Shown here piece after piece: positions 30,803 to 39,530 of a DNA stretch of 64,000 bases (position 1 is the stretch's first letter; the number at the start of each line of letters is the position of its first letter). The notes beneath the pieces are model-generated. The model saw only the letters and a program-made list of their open reading frames with translations. It did not search any database and was not told the DNA's origin. The translations under genes and the position numbers were made by a program. Source of the stretch: Candidatus Poribacteria bacterium (GTDB taxonomy: Bacteria; Poribacteria; WGA-4E; PCPOR2b); NCBI GenBank assembly GCA_965222435.1, contig OZ244950.1, positions 5,547,983 through 5,611,982 of the forward strand. Direction: 5' to 3'.

Positions 30803-32995
30803 TTATTGGTTCATTAATGAACTAACGTCTGAGTGCGTGTTCAAAAATTCGCTTATCCATGGAGTGGCGAGGTCCGCATCGATCCGTTTTTGTATGAGGT
30901 CTTTTGGAATAGAATACTGGATTGGTTCTCCCGGAAAGGAACTATCACCATATTTTTCCCATGCATCCTCAACAGTTTCAGCCCGGATATTCACCGCTTG
31001 GAGCGATTGACACCCTTCCTGCCATGCAGCGGCAAAACCCTCATTGATAAGGGTTGTCTCAATCGGAATCCAAGCCTGTCCGTTGACTGTCCTATAGTAA
31101 TCGTTAGGTAAACCTATCTCTTGCGCCTGTTTGACAGAAATATTGCCCAGATCGAACGCCATTAATACATGACTTTGTAATTGAATGAGTGCTGTTTTGA
31201 TGCCGACTGATTCAAGTAGGGAGCAGTAGAGAGCTGTGCTGTCATCACAGTCACCAAAGGTAGATTTATCGTCATCTCCTGAGTGCTGCCCCATGAGGCT
31301 CTCCAACATTTCATGGGGATACTTAACCTCATCAATCGTCCCCCTCTGTCGCGGTATATTTGGATCCCGCGCATACGATACACCATGCAGAACATTAAAC
31401 AACAACATGGCGACATACAAGTTCTCTGGCATATCCGCACTATCAATCTCTGTCTGAAATGCGGTACGCACCTGATTGATGAACGCCCCAATCGCCGAAT
31501 CCGTCGCCGAACCTTCCGAGGAAATGAAACAAGCAAGTTTCGCAACATCATCCAACTGGATTGAATGATTATCGTGTAACAAAAGTGTTACAGGAAAAGT
31601 TCGGTAGGCAGAACCGCCGCTCTCAATCACTCGAATCTCCGCTTCAACAGGCTGGCGCTGAGATAATCGCAGCGCCTTCGGCAATAGAACTAGCTGCTGT
31701 ATCGGTACGGAAACCCGCTTATTCGCCTTCACAACAAAATCAGAAGCAACTTCTGTGCCGTTTTTGCTGACAAACTCAGGAATAAAGAGTTTGATATGAA
31801 CGGTTATCTCTTTATTGCTCTCATTTTTGAGCCAAATCCTGCCGATTGAATCCGCCTGTTTGAGTGGATAGTAACGCTCTCGATCCGCTTCTTTAATTAC
31901 CGGCGGCGTAGCAGCATCCAGTAAGTCTTCCATTTCGGTTTCTATATTCGGTCTGGCATAGTAATGAATAAGAACAGGATAGAGATCTCTTATGCGAACC
32001 TCCTCAATTAGGGCCGGTAACTTACGAAAATCGAAGTTGAGCGAAAGCCCAACATAGGCAGTTGGAGGCAACGTCGGAGGGAGGAGATAGGCGACGTTAA
32101 AATCCATCCATCTATACCTGACACTTCCACCTATCGAATAAGTCGGTGATTCCGACGTATACAAATCTTTCTGGAATCCTGCACGGATGGCAAAATTTCG
32201 ATTCGGCAAAAATTCTGTGCCGAGCTGCAACCGGTCTGTCAGATCTGCCGAAATCAGCCAATTTGAAATAGGATGATACGCGATACCAAGCTTGTATGCA
32301 GTCGGGAACACCTTTTCGCTGACATCTGAATCGTGTCGTATCCAAGTGCCGTAACTTAATCCTTCCCCAGATCCAAAACCGATGAAATCTTGTGCAAGTG
32401 CCCCAAGCTTCCAGCGAGGATGGGGCTGGTACAGAAGACCAACATCCGTACCCCAACCCGTTGCTGCCCCTCTTGATCTGCCATCTAGTGCAATTGACCA
32501 CGTAAAGTATTTCAGATTTGCCCCAAGGGACAGCTGAGACAAAGGGGCGTAACTATAAGCGAAGTTGAAGTTGCTACGACTCGAATCAAGTTCCTCGTCT
32601 TTTATGCCAACTTGCAGCCAATCAATGCCGAGTGCCATCTTCTCCGACGTCGGCAAGACCGCACTGAGATAGCTTGTTTCCAACGCATTGAACAACCCAG
32701 AGGGCGTTTGTTCAAACCCTACGGCGTACCTATCCAAACGGGTTAATCCGGCGGGATTCCGGCGCACAGCGTTTTCGTCGTCCGCAACACCGATGAATGC
32801 CCCTCCTATACCGATGGCACGGGCACCTGTTGTCGCTTGCTCCTCAACACCATATATCGCATTTGTAGTGCATAACACGAATAATACTGAAAGACAGCAT
32901 CGCACTCCGAATACTATGCGCAGTGCACTCAGTTTTGTCAAGACTATTTCGGTAATCCATATCATTGAGACTGAAGACTCTTTAATAGATAACAA
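30803..32995 (-). CDS. Secreted fusion protein: N-terminal FadL/OmpP1/PorV-like outer-membrane beta-barrel plus C-terminal transglutaminase-like cysteine-protease domain
   Basis: The N-terminal region GARAIGIGGAFIGVADDENAVRRNPAGL carries the hallmark NPAG motif of FadL-family barrels. The C-terminal GDCDDSTALYCSLLESVGIKTALIQLQSHVLMAF fits the transglutaminase-like Cys-His-Asp core (C...H). Confidence 0.55.
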   Translation of the reverse strand: MLSIKESSVSMIWITEIVLTKLSALRIVFGVRCCLSVLFVLCTTNAIYGVEEQATTGARAIGIGGAFIGVADDENAVRRNPAGLTRLDRYAVGFEQTPSGLFNALETSYLSAVLPTSEKMALGIDWLQVGIKDEELDSSRSNFNFAYSYAPLSQLSLGANLKYFTWSIALDGRSRGAATGWGTDVGLLYQPHPRWKLGALAQDFIGFGSGEGLSYGTWIRHDSDVSEKVFPTAYKLGIAYHPISNWLISADLTDRLQLGTEFLPNRNFAIRAGFQKDLYTSESPTYSIGGSVRYRWMDFNVAYLLPPTLPPTAYVGLSLNFDFRKLPALIEEVRIRDLYPVLIHYYARPNIETEMEDLLDAATPPVIKEADRERYYPLKQADSIGRIWLKNESNKEITVHIKLFIPEFVSKNGTEVASDFVVKANKRVSVPIQQLVLLPKALRLSQRQPVEAEIRVIESGGSAYRTFPVTLLLHDNHSIQLDDVAKLACFISSEGSATDSAIGAFINQVRTAFQTEIDSADMPENLYVAMLLFNVLHGVSYARDPNIPRQRGTIDEVKYPHEMLESLMGQHSGDDDKSTFGDCDDSTALYCSLLESVGIKTALIQLQSHVLMAFDLGNISVKQAQEIGLPNDYYRTVNGQAWIPIETTLINEGFAAAWQEGCQSLQAVNIRAETVEDAWEKYGDSSFPGEPIQYSIPKDLIQKRIDADLATPWISEFLNTHSDVSSLMNQ

Positions 32996-33255
32996 GACGC
33001 AACTTCTAAAATCTATGACAATAGAAATTTCCCACGCGCCCGTTGGCGGGAAATTTATACTGTGACAAGAAAGTTTTTGATAGCCGGCAATTTCGATTAT
33101 GTAATTTTACCATTAAAAAGTTATAATAGATACAAAGAAGATATTAAAGCCACAGTTCGCGTGCGCCATGGTAAGCGACACCTCGTAATTTCTAACTGCC
33201 CGCGCCGTTTGTCTCGGCTTCCAGAATTCTGTCCTTACGTTTCACACTCCATTCC

Positions 33256-36200
33256 TCAATCATTCTGTACCACAACAACCTTCGTCCCCAACGCTCCCTC
33301 CCCCTCAACGGTGACGACATAAAAATTGCTGACAACCCGCCGATTCTCATCATCATGCCCGTCCCACTCGAAAACATGTCCTCCCACTGACAAGGGTTCC
33401 GATTCTCTTAGCAACCGTCGCAAGCGTCCGGCTTCATTATAGATTTTAATCGTTATGTCATCAGGACGATTTAATCGAAACGAGATCCACGTTGATCCCC
33501 GGCTGGGCGAGAATACCCGCGGTTGGCAGGTTAGCTCGGAGATAATTGTGTTTTCCTCCGTTTCTACAGCAGGTCTTGTGGTGATGGCATATCGTCCAAG
33601 AATCGAAACCACCGTTGAGATTGTTCCGCGCTGCGCATCAATTGTCCCACCAATAGGGAGCCATGCTTTGTCCTCCCAGCGGGCGATTGTCAAGGTTTCT
33701 TTTATTTCAGAGCGCGAGAGTATTGCTGCATCTTCAACGGAAAACTGGATGGTTGCCGGTTTCAACCGGTGTAGCCGCAGATCCTCAGGTGCAAAATTGT
33801 AAGCCTGAAACGGAATAGAGGTAACGGGAGGTACTGATTCTTGTACCATCGGGTTGACTGTCACGATGGTTGTCCGTGGCAGACTGTTGGGTGGAAAGGT
33901 GATTTTGGCACGAGTGTCATGGCTTTCCACCATGTCGCCAGTTTCGTGATTTACACTCGGATTGAAGAATATATGCACTTGATCAACCTCTCTATGTCCC
34001 GCTGTATCTTCCACAATCAACCGCAAGGTATATCGCCCCGATAAATTCGGTGCGTCCCACAGTGCTAATACATCGCGGGTGACAGGGGTTGAAAACGCCG
34101 GCGGTTTGGATATGGGCAACCAAGTATCAGGAGAGTCTCCGGACCCATATTCAATGAGATATTCCTTGAAATTTCGGTCATCTGCTGTGCCGCGAATCTC
34201 AATTCTTTGCAGCACTTGTTCGTTCTCAGTGGGAGAAAGGATTTCGACTTGCGGGCGGAGCCTATCAACTTCAACCGTGACCGACGTATCAGCAGGATGT
34301 GACCTATCGTAGCTACCATTCGGGGTATCCCGTGCTATTAACTCAATCGTGTATAAACCGGCGGCGACCGTTCGTGTATCCCAACGATAAAGTGTGTCGT
34401 CTGTGACAGGCACTGTTGAAACAAAAGGAGGCAGGGGTTCACCTGAAACTGAATCACCGGGAAAGATACGGATCTGGTAATCCAGAAAATCCGTTTTATC
34501 CGTTGCAGTACCTTTGATTTCATAAACGTCGCCAATCACAGCGTTCTCTTTTGGCGCGGTGATGCTCACAGTCGGAGCGAGGGAATCAACCACAAATTCT
34601 GCGCTTGCCCCTGTCAAATCCTGGTTACCTTCCCTATCCATCGCATAAACCGTAAAGCGATGCGGTCCCTCTGTGAGACCTGACAATACCGCCCGTTTAT
34701 CGACACCCTCACCGTCGGTGGGGGTCGGCGGTCCGTCGTCGAGTTGGTATTCATAACGAAGTTCTCCGGTTGGCGTACTGGCATCGCCGCCTTCAAACTT
34801 AAAGACAACGCTTGTAACCCCAACAATTTCGCTGTTTTTCGGACCATCGGTAATCCGTGTACGAGGCGGGGCCTTCTCCGGACTGAAAATGCTCAACCCA
34901 CCACTATCCCTACTACCAAACCAGAGCATTCCATTTAATTCAGCGATTGCGGAGATGTTGTTGCTGTTGAGTCCACCACTTGCAGTCAGTACCCGTTCAA
35001 ACCGCCCGTTTTGGAATAAACTAACACCATCAGCAGTGCCGATCCAAATCCGATCTCCATCGCGGTAAAGTGCCTGCACGTGGTTGGCCACCAATCCATC
35101 GGTGGTTGTCAGTGATGCAGTCAACGTCTTTCCGTCAAAAATCTGAATGCCGGTATCTGTTCCAACCCAGATTTCACCGCTAGGCGCTTCTAAAATCGTG
35201 TGAATCGAGAATGGTTTAGGCAGACTGTGAAAATTGTCCAAATTTCGTCCATTGTAAACCCACAAATCGCTACCACCCTCTTCGTTGCCAACCGTACCGA
35301 AGTAGATTTGCCCCTGCGAGTCTGTGAACATAACAACGATTGTCCGACCAATCTCTAGAAACTGATTTCTTTCCCACTGCTGCCCGTCATAACGGTCTAA
35401 ACCGGGGAGGTCATCTGTTGGCAAAAACCCCGTTCCAGCCCAAACATTTCCAACTGAATCAACGACAAGCGATTGAGCACTATTGACGTTAATATTTGGG
35501 ATCCGAAAAATTTCCCATGAGAATCCATCAAAAACGCCAATACCGGCGTTTGTTCCAACCCAGATTCGTTCCCGAAGATCTTCGGCTAACGTGCGAATCT
35601 CATTTCCCGGTGCACCGCTAATTAACTCAAACCCATTCCGCGTATAGAGACTCAATCCATTACGTGTTCCAACCCAAAGCCTACCCCGCCGGTCTTTCAG
35701 CATTGCTGTCACGCTGTTGTGACTCAATCCATTATCTGTGGTAACGGACATCCATGACCGATCCGAAAAATTGACCCCATTATCGCGTGTCCCAACCCAA
35801 ATCTCGCCGGTTCGTGTCTCAAACAGGGCTTGAATATTGTTACTTGCCAGACCGTTTGCTCTTGTCAGATGCCGCCAACGCCCTAAATCACGGAGTGCCT
35901 CCGGGGAGAACTCTGCCGGTGGGTGAAATTGGCTGATGCCGTCGGTGGTCCCAATCCAGATCGTTCCCTCTCCATCGCTCATTATGGATTGCACATTGCT
36001 TCCGATCAGAAGCCCATCTTGTGTCGTTACGACATGCCAAGTTGAACCGTCGTAAACCACCGCGCCAGCCGTTGTACCGAGCCAAAGATTGCCGAGACTG
36101 TCCTCTAAAATCGTCTGCACATCACCATTCGGTAAGCCATCGTTCACACTAAAAATTTCCCAGCCTACACCATCGAAACGACTGATAAGATTTCCACTTT

Positions 36201-36963
36201 GGGGGCGATTGCTCTGTGAAAGACCAAACCAGAGGACCCCAGCCTTATCTTCATAGATAACCTGCACGCCTTGATTGAGCAGTCCAACTTCTGCGCTATC
36301 CACAGGGTGCCAAACTGAACCATCAAACCAGTTGACCCCAAGTGGCGTCCCAATCCAAATTTCACCATTTTGGCGTTGGATCATTGTTACAACACGCCCA
36401 CCGATACCGATCAATCCCGTTCCTTGGGTATAATGTTGTAGCCAATCAATCTGTCCTCGCGAATTGTCCCATACTCCTCGATAAACCCCCGCATCCGTCG
36501 CAACCCAAATGAAGCCCGCAACATCTTCAAAAACTTTGAAAACATCAGCCTCTTGGGGCCCCCCGTTCGACCTACCGGCCTCGTGCCAGAAGCCGTCCAA
36601 ACGGCTCAATCCTTTGTCTGTCCCCAACCAGATTTGCCCAAATTGATCCTCAGTGATAGTTCTTACATTATTGCTGCTCAGATTATCATCGTCGAATCGT
36701 GTGAAATTTCGCCATTGGAAGTTTTGCTGGGCAAATGCAGCGTTAGGCGTCAAAAGGAAAAGAATAAGGAAGAAGGTGAAAGGTGAAAAGCGGAATGGAA
36801 AGCGAAAACTATATTTTGAAAATAAGGCGATATGTAGATGAGGAGATCGAAAAAAATAGAGAAATGCACTCATTGTGTAGATGTCCAGATTAACAACTTT
36901 AATTGCTTTGTTACCATTCGGTGTCTTGGGCAATAGTACCTTGAGGGGGTACGTCCGAACCAA
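33256..36963 (-). CDS. Very large secreted protein (1235 aa) made of two-component-regulator-propeller (Reg_prop) repeats, Ig-like domains and a C-terminal FlgD-Ig/sorting-like beta-sandwich
   Basis: More than 20 repeats of the (I/V)W(I/V/F)GTxxGhxxFDG type. The C-terminus reads ...ITIKIYNEAGRLRRLL...HVFEWDGHDDENRRVVSNFYVVTVEGE. Confidence 0.75.
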   Translation of the reverse strand: MVRTYPLKVLLPKTPNGNKAIKVVNLDIYTMSAFLYFFRSPHLHIALFSKYSFRFPFRFSPFTFFLILFLLTPNAAFAQQNFQWRNFTRFDDDNLSSNNVRTITEDQFGQIWLGTDKGLSRLDGFWHEAGRSNGGPQEADVFKVFEDVAGFIWVATDAGVYRGVWDNSRGQIDWLQHYTQGTGLIGIGGRVVTMIQRQNGEIWIGTPLGVNWFDGSVWHPVDSAEVGLLNQGVQVIYEDKAGVLWFGLSQSNRPQSGNLISRFDGVGWEIFSVNDGLPNGDVQTILEDSLGNLWLGTTAGAVVYDGSTWHVVTTQDGLLIGSNVQSIMSDGEGTIWIGTTDGISQFHPPAEFSPEALRDLGRWRHLTRANGLASNNIQALFETRTGEIWVGTRDNGVNFSDRSWMSVTTDNGLSHNSVTAMLKDRRGRLWVGTRNGLSLYTRNGFELISGAPGNEIRTLAEDLRERIWVGTNAGIGVFDGFSWEIFRIPNINVNSAQSLVVDSVGNVWAGTGFLPTDDLPGLDRYDGQQWERNQFLEIGRTIVVMFTDSQGQIYFGTVGNEEGGSDLWVYNGRNLDNFHSLPKPFSIHTILEAPSGEIWVGTDTGIQIFDGKTLTASLTTTDGLVANHVQALYRDGDRIWIGTADGVSLFQNGRFERVLTASGGLNSNNISAIAELNGMLWFGSRDSGGLSIFSPEKAPPRTRITDGPKNSEIVGVTSVVFKFEGGDASTPTGELRYEYQLDDGPPTPTDGEGVDKRAVLSGLTEGPHRFTVYAMDREGNQDLTGASAEFVVDSLAPTVSITAPKENAVIGDVYEIKGTATDKTDFLDYQIRIFPGDSVSGEPLPPFVSTVPVTDDTLYRWDTRTVAAGLYTIELIARDTPNGSYDRSHPADTSVTVEVDRLRPQVEILSPTENEQVLQRIEIRGTADDRNFKEYLIEYGSGDSPDTWLPISKPPAFSTPVTRDVLALWDAPNLSGRYTLRLIVEDTAGHREVDQVHIFFNPSVNHETGDMVESHDTRAKITFPPNSLPRTTIVTVNPMVQESVPPVTSIPFQAYNFAPEDLRLHRLKPATIQFSVEDAAILSRSEIKETLTIARWEDKAWLPIGGTIDAQRGTISTVVSILGRYAITTRPAVETEENTIISELTCQPRVFSPSRGSTWISFRLNRPDDITIKIYNEAGRLRRLLRESEPLSVGGHVFEWDGHDDENRRVVSNFYVVTVEGEGALGTKVVVVQND

Positions 36964-37036
36964 CTCACATAGCTTATCGGTGATGGCTGAAAGTCAATAG
37001 ACATCAGCATTACAGCCATCATAGGGTCATTTGATA

Positions 37037-39409
37037 CTATTTACTGATAATCATTTTCCGGGTTACATGGAAGGACGCTGTGGAGAGTGTGTAGAAATAG
37101 ATGCCGCTGGCGACAGGCTCACCATATACATTCTTCCCATCCCAGTATGCTGCGTTTCCTCGAGTCAGATAGCGTCCGGGCATCAAGTATCCCAAGTCAA
37201 TCTGATGGATAAGCGTCCCACCAGCATCATAAATCACAATCGTGACCTGACCTGCTGAAGCAAGGTGGAAAGGTATCCACGTCTCTGGGTTGAACGGGTT
37301 AGGATAGTTTTGCAGCAACTGATTACGCGCTGGGACAGATGAGAAAAGGAGATATTGCAAAACCTGTCTAGCCCGAATAAACTCCGGGGAATTGTTAGGC
37401 ATCAACAGGAGTTCACGGTAGATTGATTCAAGCTGCTTGCGTATCGATGGTGGAATTAAGTATAGGGATTCACTGATGGATTGCGGAGCAGCACGGGTTT
37501 CATCAATCCGATAAGATTCGCCAAAACGTGAACTTACCAGCGCAACATCATTGAGATCGATAACGCCGTCACCATTGACATCTGGATAAATATCCAAATG
37601 CGTCGGAATTGGCTGCCCTATGGATCGCACGACAATGCTAAGATCAAAAATGTTCACTACCCCATCAGCATTGACATCCCAAGGCCGGACGGGGTCTTCG
37701 ACAATCACTTTTAACTCGTGAATTTCACAATCAATTTGCTCTTCATTTGAGTCGACAAGAATAAGATCTTGTAACTGAATTTTGCTTAATCCAACGGCTT
37801 TTGCCCGAAATGAAGCACCTAACATGATGCCGCTACCAGTTATCCCGCTAGCTCCGGTTTTGGCAGCACTGACATCTTTGTATATCCCATTTATCTGGTC
37901 TGGTGGCTCTGTCGGCTGATGCCCAATTCCAGATTCTCCAAAAATAGTTCGGAACTTGGTGACAGTCACAAACGTAAGCACATCAGGATTGGTCCATTGC
38001 AAATCGAACTCAAACCCTCTTAAGTCAATGACAGATTCGACGAAAACGTCGACTGCAAATTCCTCTCCTAAATTGATCCGTCGAGCCGACGGTACTATCC
38101 TCACTGCGCAACTTGGGGATCGGAAATCCCGGACCTCAGACCAATCACTGACCCTACCGAAGCTGCCGGTACGAACACGCCACCAATAGTGGGAGATATT
38201 GCTCTTAGCTTCAAAGGACAGCTCGTTGACAGTAGCAGTTATTAACCGTGTGTTCGCTGTGATAAAGTTTGAATCGCTGGAAACTGCAACATCGTAGTAG
38301 ACTGCATCTTCAACGGACCCCCATTTCAAGTCGATCTGCGAGGGTTTGACAAACTCGCCTCCTTGTGGCTCAAGGAGTACCGGCCTTAGATGACTTGAAT
38401 TCCAGATAGTAATCGCTCCCTCGGCTGCCCCTACGACTGCAAGTTGAGGGCGAGTTGGACTGAACGACAGATCGTGTACGATTTGCGTGTCGAAAGATTG
38501 GAGTTCAGAGCGGGTAGAAACATCCCACAGTTGGAGGGTCTTGTCAGTCGGTGAATTTAATAGACCAACAGCGAGGAGGCGTCCGTTAGGATTAAAACGA
38601 ACTGACATAACTTGGCGGTCATAGGTCACAAACGGTTCCATCTCCCCGATGGTGTCACTGGGTGCCGCCGGATTGATGTTCCAGAGTCGGACAGTTCCAC
38701 CCCTACCCCCCGACGCGATGAGATTGCCATCGGGATGGAACGCAACAGAAAGAACCCCTTGTGTATGTCCAGTCAAGCTATAGAGTTGTGAACCATCAGA
38801 AGCATTCCAAAGACGTACAGCGCCATCCTCTGATCCGGAGGCGATTATGCTGCCATCCGGACTAAATGCAACGGACCAGACAACGTCTGTGTGCCCCTCA
38901 AGAGTCGATAGAAGTTCACTGGTATCGGCGTTCCACAGTTTGAGCGTCCGATCTCGCGACCCAGAAACGATGCAGCTTCCGTCGGAATTAACATCCACAG
39001 ATGTGACCTGTCCAACATGTCCTTCAAACGCGCGAATTTCCTGTTGCGTCTGTACATCCCATAATCGTACCGTTCCATCAAGGGAGGCAGATACTAGACT
39101 ACCGTTGGGGCGGAAAGCAAGGTCTTCGACCTTTCCCGTATGTCCAGTCAGGGTGTACATCGGCTCAGCTATACCGAGCTCCCAGATGAGAATTTCATTC
39201 GCACTACTGGAAGCGAGCCACCTCCCATCAAGGCTATACGCGACTGCAACCGCGCGTCCAGTGTGCCCAAACAGAAATTGGTGAGGGAACTCCGCGTAAC
39301 TGTTTACACATAAAAGAATAACAAAAAAGATTGAAAACGATGAAACTAAGCGTTTCATGGTATCCCCCGGAAACGTCAAACGTAAAAATACGGTTTTTAA
39401 GACACGCAC
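37037..39409 (-). CDS. Secreted multidomain protein: WD40 beta-propeller, cohesin-like domain, type I dockerin repeat pair, and C-terminal T9SS-type sorting domain
   Basis: Signal peptide present. WD repeats (LWDV, LWNA, LWNI, LWDV). Cohesin-like GFEFDLQWTNPDVLTFVTV. Dockerin repeats DVNADGVVNIFDLSIVVRSIG and DVNGDGVIDLNDVALVSSRFG. C-terminus LLQNYPNPFNPETWIPFHLA...GIYFYTLSTASFHVTRKMIISK. Confidence 0.8.
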   Translation of the reverse strand: MRVLKTVFLRLTFPGDTMKRLVSSFSIFFVILLCVNSYAEFPHQFLFGHTGRAVAVAYSLDGRWLASSSANEILIWELGIAEPMYTLTGHTGKVEDLAFRPNGSLVSASLDGTVRLWDVQTQQEIRAFEGHVGQVTSVDVNSDGSCIVSGSRDRTLKLWNADTSELLSTLEGHTDVVWSVAFSPDGSIIASGSEDGAVRLWNASDGSQLYSLTGHTQGVLSVAFHPDGNLIASGGRGGTVRLWNINPAAPSDTIGEMEPFVTYDRQVMSVRFNPNGRLLAVGLLNSPTDKTLQLWDVSTRSELQSFDTQIVHDLSFSPTRPQLAVVGAAEGAITIWNSSHLRPVLLEPQGGEFVKPSQIDLKWGSVEDAVYYDVAVSSDSNFITANTRLITATVNELSFEAKSNISHYWWRVRTGSFGRVSDWSEVRDFRSPSCAVRIVPSARRINLGEEFAVDVFVESVIDLRGFEFDLQWTNPDVLTFVTVTKFRTIFGESGIGHQPTEPPDQINGIYKDVSAAKTGASGITGSGIMLGASFRAKAVGLSKIQLQDLILVDSNEEQIDCEIHELKVIVEDPVRPWDVNADGVVNIFDLSIVVRSIGQPIPTHLDIYPDVNGDGVIDLNDVALVSSRFGESYRIDETRAAPQSISESLYLIPPSIRKQLESIYRELLLMPNNSPEFIRARQVLQYLLFSSVPARNQLLQNYPNPFNPETWIPFHLASAGQVTIVIYDAGGTLIHQIDLGYLMPGRYLTRGNAAYWDGKNVYGEPVASGIYFYTLSTASFHVTRKMIISK

Positions 39410-39530
39410 AATTTATGCCAACACAAATCGTCAACCGTGAAAATGTACCGAGGCTGTATCAGGAATTTGTCAGTCTGAAAGGAGGTTCGCCGGTTTGAAC
39501 GTGAGAGTCTACCCAGTATCAGATTGGATG

